This document shows positions 53,551 through 64,000 of a stretch of DNA of 64,000 nt, in pieces (position 1 is the first letter of the stretch; each line of letters opens with the position of its first letter). The stretch is taken from the NCBI GenBank assembly GCA_034780895.1, contig JAUZTB010000098.1, forward strand, positions 80,671,639 through 80,735,638. Reading direction: 5' to 3'. The DNA is from Rhynchobatus australiae. Taxonomy: Eukaryota. The notes beneath the pieces are model-generated. The model saw nothing but the letters and a program-made list of their open reading frames with translations, was not told where the DNA came from and made no database searches. The translations under genes and the position numbers were made by a program.

Positions 53551-56289
53551 CAGGGACGGCCTGGATACCAATGCGTTCCTGGACAGGAAATTCCAGAGAT
53601 CAAAGCCAAACTAATGGAAGATGTGGCCACCAATGGCACAGAAATAAAAGTTAAGAGTACACTAATGGCCAGAAATGGAAGCATGCAGAGATTGAGGGTT
53701 ATAGAGCTGGAAGAGGTTACAGGGACAGGGAAGTTTGATGGATAATTGGAACTTAGTGTGAGTTTGAACTTGACCAATGGAGTTTTAGAAAAGCTTAAGT
53801 TTTCAGAAAATGCATAAGGTATAAATATTGCTGTAAAGTACATAGGGAGGATGTAAAAACAACTTCAGGCAAGGACATATACATAGAGCATTGTTTAATT
53901 CCCAACCCCTCCCTCTGACAGTACAAGATCATGGGTTAAAGCATAAGCAAGGATTTGGTTTCTGCTCTCTGAAAACATCTGTGCTGTGTTGCTGATTTAA
54001 TTGGAATGCAATTTTGTTCTCATTGATGAAAACAATATGTTCTTTCTTAAGCAAGCGGACAGCTGTGTGGAAGATGTTAAATTCAAGATCTGCACCACAA
54101 GAGTCGATTTTTGTGTGCACTACTTTGTGTATATTTTACAGATTATCAAAAGGATCATGGTAAAATCTAAAACTGGGGTTTAGCAGCTGGCAGAAAGGCT
54201 TCAGATGCAGTAGTCTCATCAGAATCCAACCAGCATCCCATATTTGTCATCAGTGGACAAACAAAGTCATAATTGTTGTGACAAACACCACTGTCCTTCG
54301 AGTGAACGTCAGAATGCTCTGAAAGACTGGGCTGTCTTTCTTTGTATCATATTTAAAATTTCCATCTATACAGAATGTAATCAAGGATTAAAGTACATGG
54401 ATTATTCCTCCAAGTATCCCAATGAGATTCCAGTTCCTAATAATTTCTGCCGAGGGAAGGACAGAGTTAGAGCAGCAGAACAGCAACAGTTAAACACGGG
54501 TGGTGAGATCCCATTTTGTATCCTTCCATCAGCATAATTTAATGTTCAGATGTTTAAAAACAAATTATTTCACCAGCTTCAGAGAATGAATTGGAAAGTG
54601 AGAGAGTAATCATGCTATAACATTAAAACGAGCTTCAGAATGATGCATTAAATGGGGATATGCAAGAGGCCAGAACTGGAGGTGTGTACTTATCTAATTA
54701 ACTTATGCACATTAACATAATTTTAATATTATCAGTTTTGTTAGTTAGTTAGCTAGCTACCAATTGAGTTGATTACCAAGATGATACTGGGACTTATTTG
54801 ATTCATGTGGTCAGGAAACATAAATCCGTGACTAACAGTTACCCTGACNNNNNNNNNNNNNNNNNNNNNNNNNNNNNNNNNNNNNNNNNNNNNNNNNNNN
54901 NNNNNNNNNNNNNNNNNNNNNNNNNNNNNNNNNNNNNNTGGACAAAGGCTCCTGCAGATAACAATATAATTGGTTAAATTAACCCATAAAAAATTTGAAA
55001 ATTAATCCACTGCACAAACAAAGTCTACAGGGCTTTGAGGTTATACTGAAATTCATTCCCGATTTTATTTGTCAATATATTAGCCAGACAGCCCTTTAAA
55101 CCTGACCTATGGATTATAGCTGATCAGATACCATCAGCCCACTTATCTGCATGTTTTATCTGAGATAAGAAAGATAATCCTGACAAATTAAATTTATCAA
55201 TTTAGTTTTGAAAATTACCCCAATCCTAGTATAAAACACTTGATGCAAAGAATTCAACATTATCACTGCAAATATATATGGGAAACGTCCTCCCTCTTTC
55301 ATTTGTGAATGGTCACTTTCTAATTTCCAGATTACATCTATTTGTTCTCTATTTTCCCTCAGAGGAAACAGCTTCTCCAAATCTATGCAATTTAAATCTT
55401 TTTAATATCCTTAAGACCTCAATTTAAACATGTTCTAGTCTCCTATATCAATCTGAATGCACCCAAGGGAAACTGTAATAATGTAACCACCTAAGCCCTA
55501 AATGCGCCTCAAATCCCAACATATCCTTGATGAGATGTGGTATGGATAAAAAGCACAAAAATAAGACACATTAACTGCTGAGGTTGCCCTGCAGTGGTCT
55601 AACTCATCTGCACTAACTGATAAAACACTGCAAACATTCACCATCTTTACATTAACTGTACATTGTTTCATACATTGATCACTCTTTACAGAAACAGCTC
55701 CTAATTTGAATTCACAGTTAAATTAGATTCTCTAGTCTTTCTAGCCTTTCCTACTTCTTTAAGTATTACTGATTGAGCTCATTTTGCAGCATTTGATATA
55801 CTGACTGAAATGTCCCCGAACTCCTCTCTGCCACATAGTTTTAAATTCAAATGGCAAAATTATCTACTTGAAGGGTGATCGGTGTTTGGAACCAAAAAAC
55901 TGTCCTCAATGTGACAGCATCACTCACAACATACTGTCCACAGCCACTGGTCATTAATAATACTTCAATCAAATGCAAAACTCAATAATGTAGGCTGCAA
56001 GAGGAATCATAACTACCTGCACTTTAATGCAGGGCTCATTTGATAGCACACAGATGCAGGAGACGAGATGATATCTGTCCATTCTCTGATCAAAAGGCAC
56101 TGACATGTAACTTTACATCGACAGCTGTTGAAGCCTGAAACCTGCGAACTCTACAGAACAAGGAGCAACATTCAAACTTTAAGAACAATTCAGGAAGTGC
56201 AACTTAACTTTCCACATCACAAGCAGCTGCATATTTTCTCTTGCACATTAAGAACCTCACTCAAAAAACAATGCATATTCTCCAAAAAT

Positions 56290-58330
56290 AAAAATTGCAG
56301 ATTCTAGAAGTACAAGATAAAACAGAAAATGCTGGAAGAACCTTTCAGGTCAGGGATCATCTGTGGAGAGAGGAAAATGGAATTAACATTACAGAATGAT
56401 GGCATTTCATCAGAACTGGACAACTCTGACACAAACTGGAAAGGCTGGCATCAGTAATCATTGAATTCAATATTGAGACATGAAGGCTGCCTGGAAAGAA
56501 GATGAGGTGTCTTTTTCAGGCTTTGTTGGAACAGTGCAAGACACCAAAGACAAAGAGATCAGACTGGGAGCGAGATGAAGAATTAAAGAGACAGATAATT
56601 GTAACTCACAGTTACCTCTTTAAACTAAGCATTCTCCAAAGAGATAAGCCAGTCTGCCTCCAGCTTCTCAAATGTACAAGCAACCTCATCTTCTTATTCG
56701 TTCAGTGTTCAAAAGGAAGGTGCCTGTGGGTGACTGGATGGAGGGAACAGTTAAAGGAGCAGGGATTGCATCTCCTGCAGTTGCACGAGAGTTTGTCATG
56801 AGAAAGGGAATGGTTATTGCAGGAGCTAGATGTGAAGTTCGAACTGAACCAGGAAGTCCTGCCAAATACCAAGGGGGGAAAGAGATGGGGGGAGGGGTGT
56901 GCAATGTGCTTGTGGTGGCATCTCATTGAAGGTGCTAGAAATTAGATGATGACCAATTGAATGAGGCGGCTGGTTGGGTGGAAGACAAGGAGAAGCCTTG
57001 TTCAAGAATAAGGGGAGTTCTGGATGGGAGTAGAGGTGTGGGGAAATGGAGCAGACACAGCTGAGGATCCTGTCAATGATGATAAAGGGAAGCCAAAACC
57101 AAGGAAAAGGAAGATATTCTCAGAAGCTTTGTGTGGAAAAAGTGCCTTTTGTTTTCTTCATGACCTNNNNNNNNNNNNNNNNNNNNNNNNNNNNNNNNNN
57201 NNNNNNNNNNNNNNNNNNNNNNNNNNNNNNNNNNNNNNNNNNNNNNNNNNNNNNNNNNNNNNNNNNCACGTGCGGCAGAGTCAAAGAAAGTAGTAGGATG
57301 GAGTCTTTATGGGAAGTAGGGCATGAGGAGGTGAGGTTAAGGTATCTGTGGGATTGTAATGGGTATTGGTTGCTAATCTATCCCCTTAACTGGAGCTAGT
57401 AAAGTCAGATATGGATCATGTGAAAGTGAAAGTAGGGTCAAACTGCCAGCAAAGGTTGGGTTCTCTACGAGTGCAAGTAGCAACATCAATGCAGTCTCAG
57501 AGTCCTGGAGAATGATGGACAGATGGAGCCCCGAGGAGGAGCAAAACAAAAGTTCCACCTATTGCACAAAGAGGCAGGCATAGCATTGACCCATGCGAAT
57601 GCCCACAGCTTCACCTTTGAGTTGGAGAAAGTGAGCAAGTTAAACAAGAAGCTATTAAATGCAAGGGCCAGGTCTGTCTAGGTGTGATGGTGGAGGAGGG
57701 AACTAGTTGGGTCTCTATTCAAGGAAGAAGCAATGAGTCTTCAGGTCATCTTGGTGTGGGATAGAGATGTAAAAGGTCTGACACACATGGCGAAGATGAG
57801 TTCTTTGGAAACAGCTCAGTTGTCATGGATGTAAGCACGAAGAGAATGGACAAGGCAGATAGAAAATATCAAGGTAAGGAGAAATAAATTCTTCTGGACA
57901 AGTACAGACTTAAATAAGGAGTCCACCAAGACAGTCATACATGGGGAGGAGCCAGAGGCAAGCATGCAAGTTTGGGGGACTATGAGGCTAGATGCTGTAG
58001 AAGGAAAATCTCCCAAAGAAATTAGGTCAGTGATTGTTTGGGAGACCATGTTCCATGGTGATGTTATGATTCAGAGGAAGACATGAGGGCAGCAGACATT
58101 TAACCTCTGAAGTAGAGGTCAGTTTTCTCAAACAACAGCATTGCCCTTGTCAGCAACTTTGATAACAGAGATTCCCTCGGTCCCCTCTGCCCAATCTTCT
58201 TTCTGGCAAACTAAAACACACTTGTTTTCCTAGTTCTGATAAAAGGTCATTGACTGAAAAGGTTAATTCTGTTTCTCTCTTCACTGATCCTGCCTAACCT
58301 GATGAATATTTTCAGCATTTTTTATTTTAA
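56290..58330 (-). mobile_element. Decayed Penelope-like retroelement with inverted termini
   Basis: The minus strand carries an RT motif remnant KGEAVGIRMGQCYACLF (~57560-57620; cf. KGVAMGTRMGPSYACLF), an LYxSIPH-like remnant near 57750, and a Cys motif CNCRRCNPC (~56760-56790) of the endonuclease linker. Termini ~56295-56420 and ~58230-58330 are inverted. Many stops. Confidence 0.8.
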
Positions 58331-58652
58331 TGTACAATTCTGAAAAAAAAACAGCAATAATATTCCCTAAAGTGCATAATCCTCCAGAGGTAATACACAA
58401 GCTCTCACACTTTCCAGAACTTTTTTGTTCAGTTAAGTTGTTTGGAGCTGATTTTCATGTTACTTTATTTGGCAAAGAGGTGAAGCTTGGACAATGAGGA
58501 ATGAACGTACAAAGCATGTCCACAATGGGCTTGAATCATCTCTTGTGCTGCAGTCCTTTACAGCAACAAGACCAACTTGCATATCCTCTCTGCAGAGCAC
58601 AGAGGTGATACAAGGTGGTTAAGCTTGAAACCGTCCTCACATTTATACTCAC

Positions 58653-58833
58653 CTTCAGTTTCCAGCATTCTGAAAGACTGCTGTGNNNNNNNNNNNNNNN
58701 NNNNNNNNNNNNNNNNNNNNNNNNNNNNNNNNNNNNNNNNNNNNNNNNNNNNNNNNNNNNNNNNNNNNNNNNNNNNNNNNNNNNNCAGTTTCCAGCATTC
58801 TGAAAGACTGCTGTGTAGATCATGCAGCCAATA
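58653..58833 (-). other. Candidate 51-nt exon split by an artefactual gap (upstream UTR exon or part of the paladin transcript)
   Basis: Acceptor ttcttattttccaacag|TAT; donor AAG|GTGAGT. The 30 nt on either side of the N-run are duplicated, so the closed length is 51 nt. Confidence 0.4.
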
Positions 58834-60554
58834 CTGTTGGAAAATAAGAATATCCAAAGCACAACCACTTATAGAAATGAGAAAACCACCTACACAGAAA
58901 TCATCAATAAAATGCGGGTTTATTGCAAGATGAAATTGCTTCTTCCATTATTCATTCTACTGAGCAGCAAACACAGAGTGATGTGACAGGTTCATTTAGT
59001 TTGATGGATAAATTACCCAAGGCACCCACATTTTTACTTTTTGTTAAATGTATTTTTCCTTCTCATCAGCATTTTGTTCTCATTGCAATGGGGTTCCTGC
59101 TGCTGAACAATGGAATATTTTTCCGTTTCAACCTCACACGAGCACTAAGCTCTCCCACGTGAGGTATTGGTACCAGATTAAACATTACCTCCACTCCATT
59201 GCGTTAATGATAAATTGCAAATGGATGACACAGTGTCCATTTGTTGTCCGTTATGTCCTACAATTTTAAATTCACACAAAAAAAACTTTACTGCAAGTAT
59301 AGACAACAGACTTTTACCTCATCAATCAGGGCTACATTCAAATTCAGATTTCAGATATAACCCACTGCCCCAGTCCTTGCCAGTTTTGATTTAGGTATCC
59401 ACCCAAGATTGTTACCTCAGTTCAACCCATCAGGCAAGGTTTGTGAGGTATAGCTTCACTATTACAAAACAGACTTATTCCCTGGTCCTTCAACCTGGCA
59501 TCTGAATGGCAACACTTGCTGGGCAGAACCCAGGAGAGCCCTTACCTGAAGGGAATTCACTTTTTTGTTAATATAACCAAATTTGTTCACTCCATCATTT
59601 CTCAATACCCATTCCCAATTTCACAAAAACTCTTACCCTCAATTAGTCTTATTTATGCACCAATAAATCTTTATCTGTCTTTGAACTTTTTACCATTTCA
59701 CTGCCACTGAATTTCATGAACCAATACGTTCCAATGCACAACACTGTCTCCACAAGTGACAGCTCTGGTCAAATTAACCTGCTGCAGTTACTGGTCTTTT
59801 TTTTTAAAAAAAACACAATTTGACAAAGACTCAGCAGACTGCTCAATGAAACACTTTTCAAGCTATATCTTCAATACACAAAGCATTTAATGATTCAGAC
59901 AAAGCAACTGATTGGTACTGTTACTATGGAGTCCAATGATGCCACAATATAAAATTGCAACTTCTGTGGGTGTAGACTTTGTGAAGAGGTAGTTATTCCT
60001 CTTTCTGCACAATGATAGTAGTGCAAGTTCTGTCATTTGTTAAACACATTCTCCACAATAAATCCCTACACTGATTTTAGAAACTGTGCAAAGTTAACCC
60101 CAATAACTAAATGATAAATTCCAATCTCAACCACCACCCCACCCCCCCAGTAGGATTTTCAATTCCATTACTTCTGCAGTCTTTGTACTTAAATTTCTAT
60201 GCAAAAAAACTGGCTGCTTCACCACAGCTTTGCCATCAAGTTGAGGTGCACTGCAGCCTTTGGCTGGGTGCAGCAATAGAGAAATTGGGATAATTAGATC
60301 AAGATCAATTAGAACACATATGTACTTTCGTCTACGAATTAAAATCAAACATTCTGTCCATTCTTCTTCTTAGGATGTTCTTCAAATAGTGGAATATCAG
60401 TTTGAGGAGGAGGGTGTGTTGGAGCAAAGGTTTACCTTGCAGTTTGAGATGGTAGAGCTACAAAACTAGTCCTAGCAGTGTTGGGAGAGTATAATTATGG
60501 CATTACACTTATATGGCTTCCATTGAAAATAAAAGATATTATTTTATAATGGAG

Positions 60555-61320
60555 TAAAGTTAAATAATGTAAGAAGAAAGTATACAGTAAATGGCAAGAC
60601 CCTTAGGGGCAATGACATACAGAGGGATCTTGGGGTGGAAGTTCATTGCTCCCTGAAAGTGGAAACACAAATGGATAGGATGGTAAAGAAGGGGTACAAC
60701 ACACTTGCCTTCATCGGTTGGGGCATGGAGCATAAAAGTCGGGAAGTCATGTTTCAGTTGCATAAAACTTTGGTTCAGCCATATTTGGAGTATTGTGTGC
60801 ATTTCTGGTCGCCACACTATAAAGATGTGGAGGCTTTAGAGAGGGTACAAAAGAGGTTCACCACAATGATGCCTGGACCATAAGGAGAGATTGGACAAAC
60901 TTGGATTGTTTTCTCTGGAGCATCAAAGGCCAAGGGGTGACCTGATAGAAATAACCAAAATTCTGAGAGGCATAAATAAGATAGATAGTCGGAGTCTTTT
61001 TCCCAGAGGGGTACTATTTTAAATACCAGAGGGCATAAGTTTATGGTGAGAGAGGGAAAGTTTAAAGAGATGTGCGAGATAAGTATTTTTTTAATACACA
61101 GAGAGTGGTAGGTGCCTGTAACGCACTGTCAGGGGAGGTGGTGGAAGCAGATACAATAGTGATGTTTAGGAAGCATTTAAACAGGCACATGAACATGTAG
61201 GGAATGGAGGGATACGGATCACGTGCAGGCAAATAGGATTAATTTAGTTTGGTATCATGGTCGGCACACACATCATGGGCCAAAGGGCCTGTTCCAGTGC
61301 CATACTGTTCTATGTTATAA
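60555..61320 (+). mobile_element. CR1 LINE 3' end with 3'UTR
   Basis: ORF 60635..60883 (KTLVQPYLEYCVHFWSPHY..DVEALERVQKRFT) is the canonical CR1 ORF2 C-terminus. It ends in the ggccaaagggcctgtt...tgttctatgtt tail. Confidence 0.92.
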
Positions 61321-62334
61321 TGTTTAATTGTGAATCCATTTGGGGAATTAACCTACCACCCTTCAAATAACTCAGATGCATAGTATAGGTCACTCATGAA
61401 GGAGGCTGGACCTCTATTTAGCACCTCACCTAAAAGATGCTTTCAACAGCAGAGTAGACTCCAAGTAATAAGGCCAAAGTAGAAATTATCAAAAGCATAC
61501 TCAGCATTGAACAGGATGACAAACAGTTTACGTTAGCTTCAATGCACTGATAGGGGAGAGGAATTAAATTGGCAATGAACACCTCACAAGGTCTTAAAAG
61601 AGACATGTGTCGTACAAAATCTCCAAATTTGGACAATTCAAAGGGTCACCTTTAATCTCTAATCTCTTAATTAACCATCTGGGGTTAGTGCCCTTCTGCT
61701 ATGTACATTATTAACCAGTATCCAAGATTTCTTGTAGATCTATTTGAGATATTTGAAGTACCCCTCACTATACAGGATAATGAATTACTAGATTTCAGGA
61801 ATACAAGGTCAATAATTCAGTAATATTAATTGTGTTAAACTTAATTTCATTTAGAATAAGTAATAGATCAGTAGAACTACCTAAAGAAATGTTTGATGTT
61901 TTCACTGGCTTATTCTTTGTTACGTAAATGGGCTACAGGGAATTGCTACAGTGAAATGGGCAGCACAACATGGTGGCCCAAAGGGCCTGTATCGTGCTGT
62001 ATTGCTCTATGGTATCAGTCCTGGCCCTCAAAAGATGACCAAAATCGCTCAACACCTACTAATGTGCCATTTTCTGGACACTTAGGATAAAACAGCACCT
62101 TATCCCTCCTCCTATATCCCAGCAGTATCTGGAAAAGAGCATTTGCATCATAATCCGCAATGCAGTTAAACAGCACGCCATTTCAAGCTGCATTCAACAC
62201 TGAAACAAGGTTAATATAACAACTTGAAATTAATTTGCTTTCAATGTCACAATGGTTGAGCACTGGAGAAGCAGATCAATTGATAAGATATGTGAAATTT
62301 GTCATTTACAGACAATAAACCAGCTATGGTAAAT

Positions 62335-62601
62335 GTGATATTTATTAGTCACATGTACATCGAAACACAGTGAAATGCATCTTTTTCTATTACTGAGAAT
62401 GTGCTGGGGGCAGCCAGCAAGTGTCGCCACTCTTCCGGTGCCGGCACAGTATGCCCACAATTCCAACGCTGTATGTCTTTTTGGAATATGGGAGGAAATC
62501 GGAGCACCCGGGAGGAAATCCATGCAGAGACACAGGAGAATGTACAAACTCCTTACACACAGCAGTGGGAATTGAACCCGGGTCGGTGGCACTCTAATAA
62601 C
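62335..62601 (-). mobile_element. V-SINE variant with a different 3' tail
   Basis: V-domain (gggaggaaatcggagcacccgggagg...tacaaactccttacac) and B box gaattgaacccgg. Tail tttattagtcacatgtacatcgaaacacagtgaaatgc. CpGs retained, so relatively young. Confidence 0.8.
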
Positions 62602-63024
62602 NNNNNNNNNNNNNNNNNNNNNNNNNNNNNNNNNNNNNNNNNNNNNNNNNNNNNNNNNNNNNNNNNNNNNNNNNNNNNNNNNNNNNNNNNNNNNNNNNNN
62701 NACGATATACATTACAGATGCTTACTAACTTTGACTTCCTAAGTTGAAGACAGCAGCTTGTAGGAAGCTCTATGGACACCTAGCTCAAAATACTTTGTGG
62801 CGCAAAACAAGTCAAAATTTCAGCATTTTATCACCTTAAACATTGAGAAAGGATCCTCAACTATTTACAGATCCTTTGGTTTCAACTTTTGAACAGTTAT
62901 CTGTTTGGCACTGTTTTTTGAGTGAGAGTGCAGGAGCCCAAGTGGTATTTCTTCTTGTTACAACTACGTCCCGCACTTGCATGCGGTAGAATAATCAACA
63001 ATTGAGAGTCATTGTGCTCCATAC

Positions 63025-63185
63025 CTGCAAGAAGGCTTGGTAAAGAAAGGTCTTTTGTAAACCTCTTCTGTTACATGGATGTCCTCTTCACAGCAGATAG
63101 AAATGGCTCGAGGCTCATCCTTGAAGTGTTCTATGTCATTATAGACATAATTGATATTTTCATTCAGTTGGGCAAAGCTGTAAAG
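63025..63185 (-). CDS. PALD1: Paladin (PALD1)-like internal exon, 161 nt (LYSFAQLNENINYVYNDIEHFKDEPRAISICCEEDIHVTEEVYKRPFFTKPSC-R)
   Basis: Lies inside ORF 63009..63434. It aligns without gaps to the paladin segment recalled as IHDFAQLSENTYHVYHNTEDLWGEPHAVAIHGEDDLHVTEEVYKRPLFLQPTYR. Acceptor tcaattttcag|CTT; donor AG|GTATGG. Functional status unknown. Confidence 0.88.
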
Positions 63186-63394
63186 CTGAAAATTGAAAGA
63201 ATATATAAACTTATTTGCTAACAAAAAGTGACTGGTGTGATATTCACAAAGTACAAGGTTTTGGGAGAGAGCTCCTGATATTTGGGCCTGGTTAGGTGAA
63301 AACATGGTCAACAATGGCGATGTCAAGGAATTGAGTTTTGGCAAGAGCTCAGGACTAGAAAAGTTGATCAATTCCTTCAAATCCAAAGCAGTGG

Positions 63395-63690
63395 AGTGGC
63401 ATGGTGGCACAAGTAGCACCTCCAGCTCCAGCAACTCCGGTTCAATCCTGACCTCTGGTTCTGTCTGTGCAGAATTCCGACAATTTTCCTGTGACTATGT
63501 GTGTTGCCACCAGGTGCTCCAGTTTCTTCCCACATCCCAAAGATGTGCAAGTTGTTAAGTTAGTTGGCTACTGTAAATAGCCCCTGGTGTATATGTGAGT
63601 GGTAGAATCTTGGAGGGGCAGGGTAGTTGATGGAAATTTGGAGAGAATAAAATGGGATTAGGAAAGGATTGAAAGAGTTTGCTGGTTGGG
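63395..63690 (+). mobile_element. V-SINE (HE1-like)
   Basis: ggttcaatcctgacctctgg...gtgctccagtttcttcccacatcccaaagatgtgc. Confidence 0.82.
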
Positions 63691-64000
63691 GACCAGAATG
63701 CTACCATCTTGAGATGTACAACTCACATATGAAGTGGAAACATTGTCTTTAAGGTGGTAGACACATATCACTGTCTTTGCCCTCTCCATGCAAGCCTCTA
63801 CCAATGCCATTTTTCAATTGTGTCCAACAAAGAACCAAACTGGACCTTTCCTCTAATCCAATAGGAAAAGAAATAATCACCTGCAGCCCACTTATTACTC
63901 TCCCATTGTAGAATGTCAAGGTCAGAAACACAACAGATGGGGAGAAAAGTTTAATGCCCATCTTTCAACAATCCCAAGACATGAATCATTGTCCCATGCA

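Noticed and set aside
61430-61560. Minus-strand segment with FVILFNA resembling paladin LILFNxY
   Set aside because: There are stops on both sides and no matching exon boundaries; the similarity is too short.
62090-62960. Possible decayed next paladin exon (ttttccag|A TAC TGC near 62128; ...tcctttctcaatgtttaag|gtga near 62835)
   Set aside because: Only two or three residues resemble the expected YHRLPLP...DAFVxxLR, which is not distinguishable from chance.

Overview
This is AT-rich, repeat-dense eukaryotic genomic DNA with many N-gaps. The repeat families (V-SINE/HE1-like and DeuSINE/SacSINE-like SINEs; CR1, L2 and Rex/Babar LINEs; Penelope remnants) point to a cartilaginous fish, probably a ray or shark (inference). 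The main gene, largely missed by the ORF track, is an ELMO1-like gene on the minus strand. I traced nine consecutive coding exons by hand, from the ATG at 45629 down to 10072. They total 780 nt (260 aa), their phases are consistent, and one intron has a GC donor. The gene continues beyond position 1. About 17 kb upstream of its ATG, on the same strand, is a single intact 161-nt exon of a paladin (PALD1)-like gene (63025-63185), and I could not find its downstream exons. The best leads are this orphan exon, the possibility that the ELMO gene is an extra paralog, a putative RBFOX-regulated 36-nt exon, and several candidate cassette or UTR exons. I see no prokaryotic-type systems, CRISPR arrays or RNA genes. 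Reference protein comparisons are from memory, and repeat boundaries are approximate.
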